Shown: positions 27,756 to 35,366 of the stretch, one piece after another | How positions within the stretch are numbered: position 1 is the first letter of the stretch | How the letters are laid out: every line of letters starts with the position of its first letter | Source of the DNA: Deltaproteobacteria bacterium | GTDB taxonomy: Bacteria > Myxococcota_A > Polyangia > Polyangiales > JAFGIB01 | Length of the DNA: 64,000 nt | NCBI GenBank assembly: GCA_016929805.1 | Contig: JAFGIB010000456.1 | Coordinates: forward strand, 7,573 to 71,572 | Reading direction: 5' to 3' | Notes under the pieces: model-generated | Database searches by the model: none | What the model was told of the DNA's origin: nothing | Seen by the model: the letters and a program-made list of their open reading frames with translations, nothing else | Position numbers and translations under genes: made by a program

Positions 27756-28934
27756 ATGGCCGACGAGAAAAAAAACGCGAATGACACGCCCCTTCCTCTA
27801 TTTTTGATATCGTGTATTGCGGAGGGGATTATTGACGAAAAGACGGCGTATCGTATCGAGACGGTTCGCGAAGAAAGCATCGCGTCGACTTTCGGTATGC
27901 TTGAGGCAATTCCTGACCCCAGCTTACGATTTAGTAGCTTTTATCCGTGTCGCGCCAACGCTATGGCGATTCAAATTGCAAAAAAAATTGCAGAAGAAAG
28001 AACCGCACCGGCAGAATACAATCCGATTTATTTCTACGGGGATACGGGCTTGGGGAAGACCCACCTTCTTTCGGCTATTGCTAACGAACTGGGCGATAGG
28101 GAAGTCTTGTTTCTAAACGCGGCGTATCTCGATAACGAATGTATCGAAGCGATTGCACCGCACGAAAATACATCATTCCGCAATTGGCTACGGTCATTTT
28201 ACGCGTTGGTGATAGACGATATTCAGCAGTGTCCGAGGCAGAAGGAGATCGAAAACGCCGTTGCGTTCAGCATAGATGAGATGGCTTTTCTTAATCGGCC
28301 TGTGGTTGTCGGCTCGGATAGGCCCTTGGAGGAGTTGAGCGAATTAAGCGACTTTTTGCTTTCGCGATTATCACGGGGAGTAAAAGCAAAGCTCGAGATA
28401 GGGGATGAGGCGGAACGATTTGCAATCGTAAAAGGTATGGTGGGAGAAAATACGGTACCCAATACCGTCCTCCACTATATCGCGGCTCAGATCGACGACA
28501 GCGTGCGTCGATTAAAATCAACGGTGACCCAATTGATAGCTATACATAACGAATTGGCCCGCCCGATAACGGTGAATCTCGCACAAACCGTTATCTATGG
28601 TGAGCCGGACAGACAACATAGGACTATAGCGAGTTTACATCCCGGTATGTCGAGCGAGATCGATCTCGATTCATCGAAACCATCTCTTGAGTCGGACGTC
28701 GCCGAGCTGTTTAAAAAGATGCTCGTAGACGCGGAAACAGAAGAAGAGCAGGCGTTAGCGCTTCAGATAGCGATCAGTGAGAGAGTGCGACAACTGAAAC
28801 GCGATAAAAACGCCGAGAAAGAGGCTTTAGAGAATTTAGAACACGCGCTGGAGATGCTTCGTGAGGGTAGCTTAGAAGAAGCGATTCATTACATAAATCG
28901 CGCGCGAGAAAAGAAAGACGAGCCCTTTATTTAG
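27756..28934 (+). CDS. DnaA-domain-III-like AAA+ ATPase with no DnaA domain IV (Hda-like architecture, acidic coiled-coil tail)
   Basis: 392-aa ORF. YNPIYFYGDTGLGKTHLLSAIANE (Walker A), ALVIDDIQQC (Walker B), NRPVVVGSDRPLEEL, LLSRLSRGVKAKLEIGDEAERFAIV and DSVRRLKSTVTQLIAIHNELARPITVNLA are collinear with DnaA domain III. No helix-turn-helix DnaA-box-binding C-terminus is present. Confidence 0.8.
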   Translation: MADEKKNANDTPLPLFLISCIAEGIIDEKTAYRIETVREESIASTFGMLEAIPDPSLRFSSFYPCRANAMAIQIAKKIAEERTAPAEYNPIYFYGDTGLGKTHLLSAIANELGDREVLFLNAAYLDNECIEAIAPHENTSFRNWLRSFYALVIDDIQQCPRQKEIENAVAFSIDEMAFLNRPVVVGSDRPLEELSELSDFLLSRLSRGVKAKLEIGDEAERFAIVKGMVGENTVPNTVLHYIAAQIDDSVRRLKSTVTQLIAIHNELARPITVNLAQTVIYGEPDRQHRTIASLHPGMSSEIDLDSSKPSLESDVAELFKKMLVDAETEEEQALALQIAISERVRQLKRDKNAEKEALENLEHALEMLREGSLEEAIHYINRAREKKDEPFI

Positions 28935-28977
28935 CATCGAAGATCGGGGATGAGGAGATAAAGAGAGGAGCACGATT

Positions 28978-29334
28978 ATGACACAACTGAGCGTTTTACT
29001 TGAAGAGCTCGTCGAAATAAGCGGAATAAGAACAGCGCTCGTGGTAGGACGTGATGGGCTGGTCGTGGATAGCGCCACAAAAAAGTATCGGGATGATGAT
29101 GATGCCGTCGGCGCGATAATATCTACGGGAATCTGCTCAATAGAGTCGACGGGAAAAGAACTGAACCTCGGTAAATCGACTCAAGGACTCCTAGAATATT
29201 CCGACGGCGTGGTGCTCATCAACGCGTTGGCCGAAGATTCCTTACTCGTGATTGTGGCTGATAAAAAAGTAAATCTCGGAAACATCCGGTATCAAGCTAG
29301 AAAGCGTATGACTTCGCTACAAAAAGCTATTTAG
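28978..29334 (+). CDS. stand-alone Roadblock/LC7 protein
   Basis: 118-aa ORF with a strong RBS (agaggag). The sequence LLEELVEISGIRTALVVGRDGLVVDSA...GAIISTGICSIESTGKELNLGKSTQGLLEYSDGVVLINALAEDSLLVIVADKKVNLGNIRY is Roadblock-type. Confidence 0.8.
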   Translation: MTQLSVLLEELVEISGIRTALVVGRDGLVVDSATKKYRDDDDAVGAIISTGICSIESTGKELNLGKSTQGLLEYSDGVVLINALAEDSLLVIVADKKVNLGNIRYQARKRMTSLQKAI

Positions 29335-29359
29335 GGCTCGCGTAATAACAACTCCACTT

Positions 29360-29944
29360 TTAGCCGATCGCAGGCAAAACCTCTGCAGTCGTTCTCATAA
29401 TGGCTTCTTTTAACCGATGTTCTAACGGCGTACGCGTGACGACGCCTAGAATAAAATGCTCTTCGTCGCTTTCAGCGACCTGGAAACCGTAAATATGTTG
29501 TTTGTCGTAATCGAGATTTACACAAAGAAGCCTATTTTCTTTGTCCGAAATACGGTTTAGCTGCTCAAGCGCATAACTCAGCTCGGCGCCCACGCCTTCA
29601 GAATGTTCATCGGGGAGAGCGCCACAATTCGATATAACAAACCCTTGAGAATCGACTACGAAAGTCGATTCCGCGTTGATCGCTTCGTGGCACCATCGCA
29701 CAAAGGAGTCAATGCTACTAAAACCGCTCTCCGGCCTTTTAGGAATCGCTTGAAGCTTATCTTCCTCCGTCACCTGCGGCTCACTCGGCGGCTTTTCTTG
29801 AGTCGGTCGAAAGATAAAAGGAGGATATACCGGAGTCGCATTTTGCGGCTCTAAGGTGCTTTTTACCTTGGTCTTTTTACAGAGTTTGTGACTCAGATTG
29901 CTAGCGAGGTGAATGTCAAACGAGCTCTCTTTGCGGCCTTTCAT
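29360..29944 (-). CDS. protein with a Pro-rich N-terminal linker and a Roadblock/LC7-like C-terminal domain
   Basis: 194-aa ORF overlapping the parA-like stop by 29 nt. The C-terminus is EAINAESTFVVDSQGFVISNCGALPDEHSEGVGAELSYALEQLNRI...LLCVNLDYDKQHIYGFQVA...FILGVVT. Confidence 0.6.
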   Translation of the reverse strand: MKGRKESSFDIHLASNLSHKLCKKTKVKSTLEPQNATPVYPPFIFRPTQEKPPSEPQVTEEDKLQAIPKRPESGFSSIDSFVRWCHEAINAESTFVVDSQGFVISNCGALPDEHSEGVGAELSYALEQLNRISDKENRLLCVNLDYDKQHIYGFQVAESDEEHFILGVVTRTPLEHRLKEAIMRTTAEVLPAIG

Positions 29945-30731
29945 CGGTTTCTCCTATACATCCGCCTAACAAGGCTATTCTATCTTCGATTTCCGTAGCC
30001 AGCGCTTCAAATCGTCGGGCTTCCGGTGGAATACGGCCGCCCAAAAATGCGATGGGCAAACCGGCTTCGCTCGCTGCGGAGAAGACCTGAGCGCGGGGGA
30101 TTACCGTTTCAAAAACCGTCGCAAATCCGGACCACACCGTACTCATCACGTTAAATGACGCCTCCTCACCGAGTTGAACCATCGTCGCCAGTATTCCCAG
30201 CAGCTCTAGCGATTCGTTTTCGTTGGTCTTCACGTGGTCGATCACGCGCAACGTCTGACCGATAGACCGAAGGGCTAATGGCTCGGCTTGAAGAGGAAGA
30301 ATGACGAAATCGGCTATTTTCAGCGCCGTTCTCGTTACCAATCCCAATCCTGAGGGCGTATCGAAAAAAATACAGTCGAAGTCGGCATCGACCGCTTCAA
30401 TTATCTTAGCTATCGAATCCACGGATTGAAGAGCCATCTCATATTGGACAATATCCACAGGATCTAGCTTTCCGCGCGGTAAAATCGATAACGTCGAGAG
30501 CTTCGTTGCAATAATCGCTGTCTCCAAAGGTGCCCGGCCCATCAAGTAATCGGCCAAACCTACCCATTCGGTATCGCCCTTTGCCAACGAATGACCGATA
30601 GCTCCTTGCGGATCGAGATCAACCAATAAGACGGAACGCCCTCGCTCGGCGAATACGACTGCGAGATTAAGCGCGCTCGTCGTCTTTCCGGTACCGCCTT
30701 TTGTACTGATTATGGCAATTTTATTCTTCAC
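29916..30731 (-). CDS. ParA/MinD-family deviant-Walker-A ATPase
   Basis: 271-aa ORF with a GTG start after aggggag. Motifs are KIAIISTKGGTGKTTSALNLAV, LLVDLDPQG and CIFFDTPSGLG. Confidence 0.9.
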   Translation of the reverse strand: MKNKIAIISTKGGTGKTTSALNLAVVFAERGRSVLLVDLDPQGAIGHSLAKGDTEWVGLADYLMGRAPLETAIIATKLSTLSILPRGKLDPVDIVQYEMALQSVDSIAKIIEAVDADFDCIFFDTPSGLGLVTRTALKIADFVILPLQAEPLALRSIGQTLRVIDHVKTNENESLELLGILATMVQLGEEASFNVMSTVWSGFATVFETVIPRAQVFSAASEAGLPIAFLGGRIPPEARRFEALATEIEDRIALLGGCIGETDERPQRELV

Positions 30732-31051
30732 GATATCTCCCCTTTCATACGACGATTAATCGGAGAAGCAGATGTCCTTCCGGCAGAGGAAAAGGAGATG
30801 GAGACGAAAGCTCCGCGGTCCCTTTTGGTCTCTATAAGGAATGTGTCTACATATAGAGCGCCTTGATCAGCGATCGACTCCAATAGCTCAACCTTTCCAA
30901 TGACCACCGCGAGTCCATATCATAACAACCATCGCTTGTAAATCCTGCTACAACTCGCCGCATCGATTCGAACGGCGAGCCGATTTCATTGTACTACCTC
31001 CTATTCTTAGATGGGTTTTGTAGACAGCCTATTGCCCATCTATTGAATAGA

Positions 31052-31450
31052 CTAGCTTATTTCTTTAAGCGAGCCGAGTAACGACTGGAAATGTTTTTTT
31101 ACACACATCCGAACCATGCCGAGTTTCACTTGTTTGGGTACGCCTATAGCGATCGCCATATTGGTTTCCCTATTAGGCGATATTACGAAGAACGCGGATT
31201 TGGTCGTCTCCAGAATAAATTCTTTGAATCCCCCCACTAAAGTTCGCACCGTATCATTACGCGCGTGCTTCTGAGCATGAACGATCAAGTCGAGCATGTT
31301 TCCAAATGCAATTCCGATCGACTCACCGTCGATATGGTGTTGATCAGATACATTGCCGATCGGCAATCCGGTTTCTAAGTCGAAACACGAGACAAAATAG
31401 CAATTGCCGATATCGCGATTGATTTCTTGTAAAACGTTTATCAATGACAT
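31052..31450 (-). CDS. divergent Roadblock/LC7-like protein
   Basis: 132-aa ORF. The size and alpha-beta pattern fit the fold (CYFVSCFDLETGLPIGNVSD...ESIGIAFGNMLDLI...GGFKEFILETTKSAFFVISPNRETNMAIAIGVPKQVKLGMVR). Confidence 0.55.
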   Translation of the reverse strand: MSLINVLQEINRDIGNCYFVSCFDLETGLPIGNVSDQHHIDGESIGIAFGNMLDLIVHAQKHARNDTVRTLVGGFKEFILETTKSAFFVISPNRETNMAIAIGVPKQVKLGMVRMCVKKHFQSLLGSLKEIS

Positions 31451-31470
31451 GGTAACAACTCCCCGTAATA

Positions 31471-31851
31471 TCAGCCGATCAAGGGCTTTAGTTTAGTCAA
31501 GTACTTATTCGACATGACTCGCAGCATGCCGAGGTTGCCTGTTGCGTTCACACCCGCCATCAACGCGACCTGTAGCTGGGCATCTACGACGATGAAGAAC
31601 GACGCGCCCTCAACCTCGAGTATCATAGAATGCAAACCGCCGCAGATTTCCTCGGGCAATATTTTGAGAAAGTTGTTTATTCGGTCCCAGATATTGGCAT
31701 GGATGGCTGACATCGCATCGATATTGGTATCGGGAACATCGGAGTCTACAGCAAGCATCAACCCATCACCGATACTAAAGACAGCCGTGGCGACCGCCCC
31801 GGGTAATTGCCGCTTAAACTCGGTGATCAAAGCCTGAATTGGATTGGCCAC
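31471..31851 (-). CDS. divergent Roadblock/LC7-like protein
   Basis: 126-aa ORF. The sequence is GAVATAVFSIGDGLMLAVDSDVPDTNIDAMSAIHANIW...LHSMILEVEGASFFIVVDAQLQVALMAGVNATGNLGMLRV. It is the first gene of the minus-strand run. Confidence 0.6.
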   Translation of the reverse strand: MANPIQALITEFKRQLPGAVATAVFSIGDGLMLAVDSDVPDTNIDAMSAIHANIWDRINNFLKILPEEICGGLHSMILEVEGASFFIVVDAQLQVALMAGVNATGNLGMLRVMSNKYLTKLKPLIG

Positions 31852-32263
31852 TTACTCATCCCTCCTTTCCACGAAACGAAAAAAAACACTTTGACGAAGA
31901 TAGACGAAGTATCTCGTTATCTTCGACCGCTTGCTCAGCAATACAGTTTGCAAGAGTCATTACAGCATAATCGAACGCAGATAGCAATGACGTTAGAATC
32001 GAGAACGGCCGCATCACCATCCATTGTAGGGAGCGGTCGATAAATGTTTATTCGCTCATGTAGATACCACTTATCCCGATTGAAACCGACAGTATAACAG
32101 CTTGAAATACAAGGTTCGCCAGGCGGCGACATCGCTGCGACATCAGACTTGAGCCCGTCTCATAAATACCTCCATTTGCATTTGAGGCGGGACGAGCCCA
32201 TCTGCGGCGTCGCTCCTTTGCGAAATAGTGCTGTTATTCCATCGTCGTCGCTTATCTCGTTTT

Positions 32264-32444
32264 AGAACTCTTCGCAAAATAAACGATACGAGACCGGGCG
32301 CGTCGGCGGGATGCGGTCGCGAGCGCGCCCGGAGCAAAACCGCGGCAATAGCAGCGCTATTTCGAAGATTTTTCCGAGGACGAAAGCCGCTAACGCACCC
32401 GCCCACGCGCTCGCAACAGGGACGTCTATTTTGCGGAGAGTCCT
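32264..32444 (+). repeat. family-2 foldback repeat
   Basis: 181 bp. The termini are agaactcttcgcaaaataaacg and cgtctattttgcggagagtcct (inverted). The conserved core is aaaccgcggcaatagcagcgctatttcgaaga. Confidence 0.75.
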
Positions 32445-32578
32445 TAGACGGTTGCGCTCCGAAATACTCGGTCGGGCCTCGTTAAACACGCTACAAGACC
32501 GGACGGAAAGGCAAATGCGCTATAACTCGAGAGAGACGGGTGCTTTGGGGCTACCCAATTTAGACGACATCGGACGTG

Positions 32579-33892
32579 TCAGTCGTAGTACTCGTAGCCG
32601 AGATGGGTGATCAGATCTTCACCCACGAGCCATCGAAGGGTATTCTTCAATTTCATGGACTGAATAAATAGATCGTTTTCGGGATAGAGACCGGGAGCCG
32701 TCGTCGGACTCTTGAAGTAAAACGAGAGCCATTCCTGGACCCCGCTGAATCCGGCGCGTTGCGCTAAGTCCATAAAGAGAACGAGATCCAATACGATAGG
32801 TGCGGCTAAAATCGAATCCCGGCATAAAAAGTTGACCTTAATTTGCATTGGGTAGCCAAGCCAACCAAAGATATCGATGTTATCCCAGCCTTCCTTTTGA
32901 TCTCCACGGGGCGGGTAGTATTCGATTCTAACCTTATGGTACATCTCTCCGTAGAGATTGCGATTGAGCTCGGGCTGTAGAATCGTTTCGAGCACTCCGA
33001 GCTTCGAGACTTCTTTGGCTTTAAAGCTTTCGGGGTCGTCGAGCACTTCTCCGTCGCGATTGCCTAGAATGTTACTGGAAAACCATCCGTTGATACCAAT
33101 CATTCGCGCTTTTATTCCAGGCGCTAGGATCGTCTTCATCAAGGTTTGGCCGGTCTTAAAATCCTTGCCGGAAAGCGGGACGCGGTGTTTTTTCGCGAGC
33201 TCCAGAAGAGCGGGTATTTCCGCGGTCAGATTCGGCGCGCCGTTGGCGTATGGGACGCCTTCTTTGATCAGCGCATAAGCGTATACCATAGAAGGGCTGA
33301 TCGCAGGATGGCTGCTTGAAAGGCCAGATTCGAATTTGCTTAGAGACGAATGCACTTCCGAGGGCGCTTGATGAATCTCGGTTGACCCGCACCAAACGGC
33401 GACGCATCGATCAACAGCGTTTTCGCGGATGAAATCGCGGATGTCTTGGCGCACGGCTTCGGCCAGCTCCATTTTATTCTTACTTTGTTTGACATTTTCG
33501 CCTCGCAACCGCTTGACGTACTCGGGGAAGAAGACCGCGGACATCGGTTTGATCGCCTCAAGCTCGGGCTTGATGGCATCGAGGTGATTTTTTGTGAGAA
33601 CATCAGCGTTGCACGCGGCGTCGTACGCGTTGTCGCGGAAAAGATCCCATCCGCCGAACGCCAGGTCTTCTAGATTCGCAAGTTCGATGAAATCACGTAT
33701 CAAGGGCGCCCGGTTTTCCGTTCGTTTCCCCAGGCGTATATGGCCGAGTTGGGTCAACGAGCCAATCGGAAGCGCAACTCCCTTTTTCGCGAGTAGGCAA
33801 CCAGCGATGAAAGTTGTTCCGACCGCTCCCATTCCGGGTAATAAAACGCCTAGTTTACCAGTAGCGGATCGAATCTCTTTTGGTTTTTTCAT
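32579..33892 (-). CDS. ino1: myo-inositol-1-phosphate (inositol-3-phosphate) synthase
   Basis: 437-aa ORF. The N-terminus is GVLLPGMGAVGTTFIAG (Rossmann). MVYAYALIKEGVPYANGAPNL, SGKDFKTGQTLMKTILAP and NILGNRDGEVL match archaeal/bacterial MIPS. Confidence 0.9.
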   Translation of the reverse strand: MKKPKEIRSATGKLGVLLPGMGAVGTTFIAGCLLAKKGVALPIGSLTQLGHIRLGKRTENRAPLIRDFIELANLEDLAFGGWDLFRDNAYDAACNADVLTKNHLDAIKPELEAIKPMSAVFFPEYVKRLRGENVKQSKNKMELAEAVRQDIRDFIRENAVDRCVAVWCGSTEIHQAPSEVHSSLSKFESGLSSSHPAISPSMVYAYALIKEGVPYANGAPNLTAEIPALLELAKKHRVPLSGKDFKTGQTLMKTILAPGIKARMIGINGWFSSNILGNRDGEVLDDPESFKAKEVSKLGVLETILQPELNRNLYGEMYHKVRIEYYPPRGDQKEGWDNIDIFGWLGYPMQIKVNFLCRDSILAAPIVLDLVLFMDLAQRAGFSGVQEWLSFYFKSPTTAPGLYPENDLFIQSMKLKNTLRWLVGEDLITHLGYEYYD

Positions 33893-34135
33893 TGCACGAA
33901 ATCTCGAAATAGTGGTTGACGGTAAGCGGAGAAAACTATCGGGAAGCGCTGTATTCGAACCATCAGCTCCGAAGCCTCCGTAGGTAGCACCCTATCGCAT
34001 CAAATGGTCGATCCCGTTGTGTACATAATTTACACTCCGTATCTTTCCTGAAAGTGCGAATGGCCCTGTTGATCAGTTAGCAAAGTCGCTACGCAAGCTC
34101 TATGCCGCCAGCCGAAAGGCTGTTCGTATGTAAGC

Positions 34136-34304
34136 GTTCAGGGGTCATACAAGTCGGCGGCCAATTCGCCTGTAAAACCGAGCGCGCCCGAAGGGCCGGC
34201 GAGTATGGTACTTGCTGTACCTGACGAGCCGGTGCGAGGACGAAAGCCGGTTTTACGGGATGAATTGGCCGCCGTCGTAGCCAAACAGTAGTACCCCCCT
34301 GAAC
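34136..34304. other. 169-bp rod-like imperfect hairpin (structured sRNA candidate or a third foldback element)
   Basis: Nested complementary arms: cgttcagggg/cccccctgaacg, ggcggccaattc/gaattggccgcc, gcctgtaaaaccg/cggttttacggga, ccggc/gccgg and ggtac/gtacc, around the apical loop ttgct. Confidence 0.5.
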
Positions 34305-34497
34305 GGTTACCTTCGTATTGGCTTAGATATTGCATTTTGCGCGAAAGCGTGGTTGCTTTCGAAGCAAATCAGATAAAGAAAGGGTCTGGCAGGCGAAAAA
34401 ACAAACTGATACCGAATGCTATCCGTGCTGTACATTCACACTGTGGTGGCATTGCAACACTCACTGTATGAAAAGGGCCACAACTTAGGTAATAGAG

Positions 34498-35268
34498 ATG
34501 AATCGAGCGATTATATTGGCTGCAGGACGTGGAGAAAGGCTTGTCAATGGTTATAGCTTTCCGAAACCTCTAAAGGAGGTGAACGGACTTCCACTGATCG
34601 TTCGCGTACTTCGAAATCTCGAGTTTTCCGCGGTGCGAGAGGTTGCTATCGTCGTTGGATACCTTGGCGACGTATTGATTTCCGGCATAAAACGCTTTTC
34701 GTTCGATTTGGAGATCACCTTTTTTCATAACGACGAGTGGCATAAACCCAATGGGACCTCTCTATTAAAAGCGAAATCGTTCGTCAGCGGACCAACCTAT
34801 TTAATGATGAGCGACCACGTTTGGTCGACTAGTCTAATCGAGCCGATTCGGCGCTATCCGTTGGCTCACGATGAAGCGGTTCTTGGCGTTGATTTCAATA
34901 TCACGCGCTGTTTTGATTTGGAAGACGCTACCAAGGTTGAGATCGATGGCGATCGGGTAGTTAGAATAGGCAAACAGCTAGAAACTTATCAAGCGCTTGA
35001 TACGGGAGTATTTAAGATAACGCCGGCGGTGATTGAGGCGCTGGAGCGGGTGGAAGGACCGAAGGGCTGTTCGCTTTCAGACGGTATGGCAGCGCTCGCG
35101 GCAACCGGTCGTATGCGAATCGTTGACGTAAAAGACGCGATGTGGATCGACGTGGATACGCCGGACGCTCATGCCTACGCGGAGATGCTTTTAGCGAATT
35201 ACGGCCAAGAACTGAGACCGATGCCTCAAGTTCAGCCTTCCGTCATCGAATCGCCGGCTCTAAACTAA
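34498..35268 (+). CDS. nucleotidyltransferase resembling the CTP:inositol-1-phosphate cytidylyltransferase (IPCT) domain
   Basis: 256-aa ORF. Motifs are MNRAIILAAGRGERL, KPNGTSLLKAK, LMMSDHV, DATKVEIDGDRVVRIGKQL..YQALDTGVFKI and MWIDVDTPDA. The pattern matches my memory of the IPCT half of archaeal IPCT/DIPPS. It is divergent from the MIPS gene. Confidence 0.65.
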   Translation: MNRAIILAAGRGERLVNGYSFPKPLKEVNGLPLIVRVLRNLEFSAVREVAIVVGYLGDVLISGIKRFSFDLEITFFHNDEWHKPNGTSLLKAKSFVSGPTYLMMSDHVWSTSLIEPIRRYPLAHDEAVLGVDFNITRCFDLEDATKVEIDGDRVVRIGKQLETYQALDTGVFKITPAVIEALERVEGPKGCSLSDGMAALAATGRMRIVDVKDAMWIDVDTPDAHAYAEMLLANYGQELRPMPQVQPSVIESPALN

Positions 35269-35366
35269 TAGGCGTTTACATATCGGTAAGCGCGCCAACC
35301 CGCTCGCGCGTGAAACCGTGCTCTCCGGACCAAAAGCTCAGAAGCGTTCGACACCGGGTTTCGGTA

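Noticed and set aside
30948-30989. 13-codon minus-strand micro-ORF (MKSARRSNRCGEL) with a perfect AGGAGG 8 nt upstream, in the gap between the Roadblock-like and parA-like genes
   Set aside because: It is too short to support from sequence alone. It could be a leader peptide, but there is no conservation evidence.
32143-32610. Four overlapping 75-99-aa ORFs on both strands
   Set aside because: They lie on the family-2 foldback repeat and are Arg-rich. Their mutual overlap on both strands is typical of palindromic non-coding DNA.
34136-34304. Identification of the rod-like hairpin as 6S RNA or SRP (4.5S) RNA
   Set aside because: There is no large central bubble of the 6S type and no SRP domain-IV motif (GGAA tetraloop / AGGAAGCAGC-like) on either strand. 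It is kept only as an unclassified structured element.
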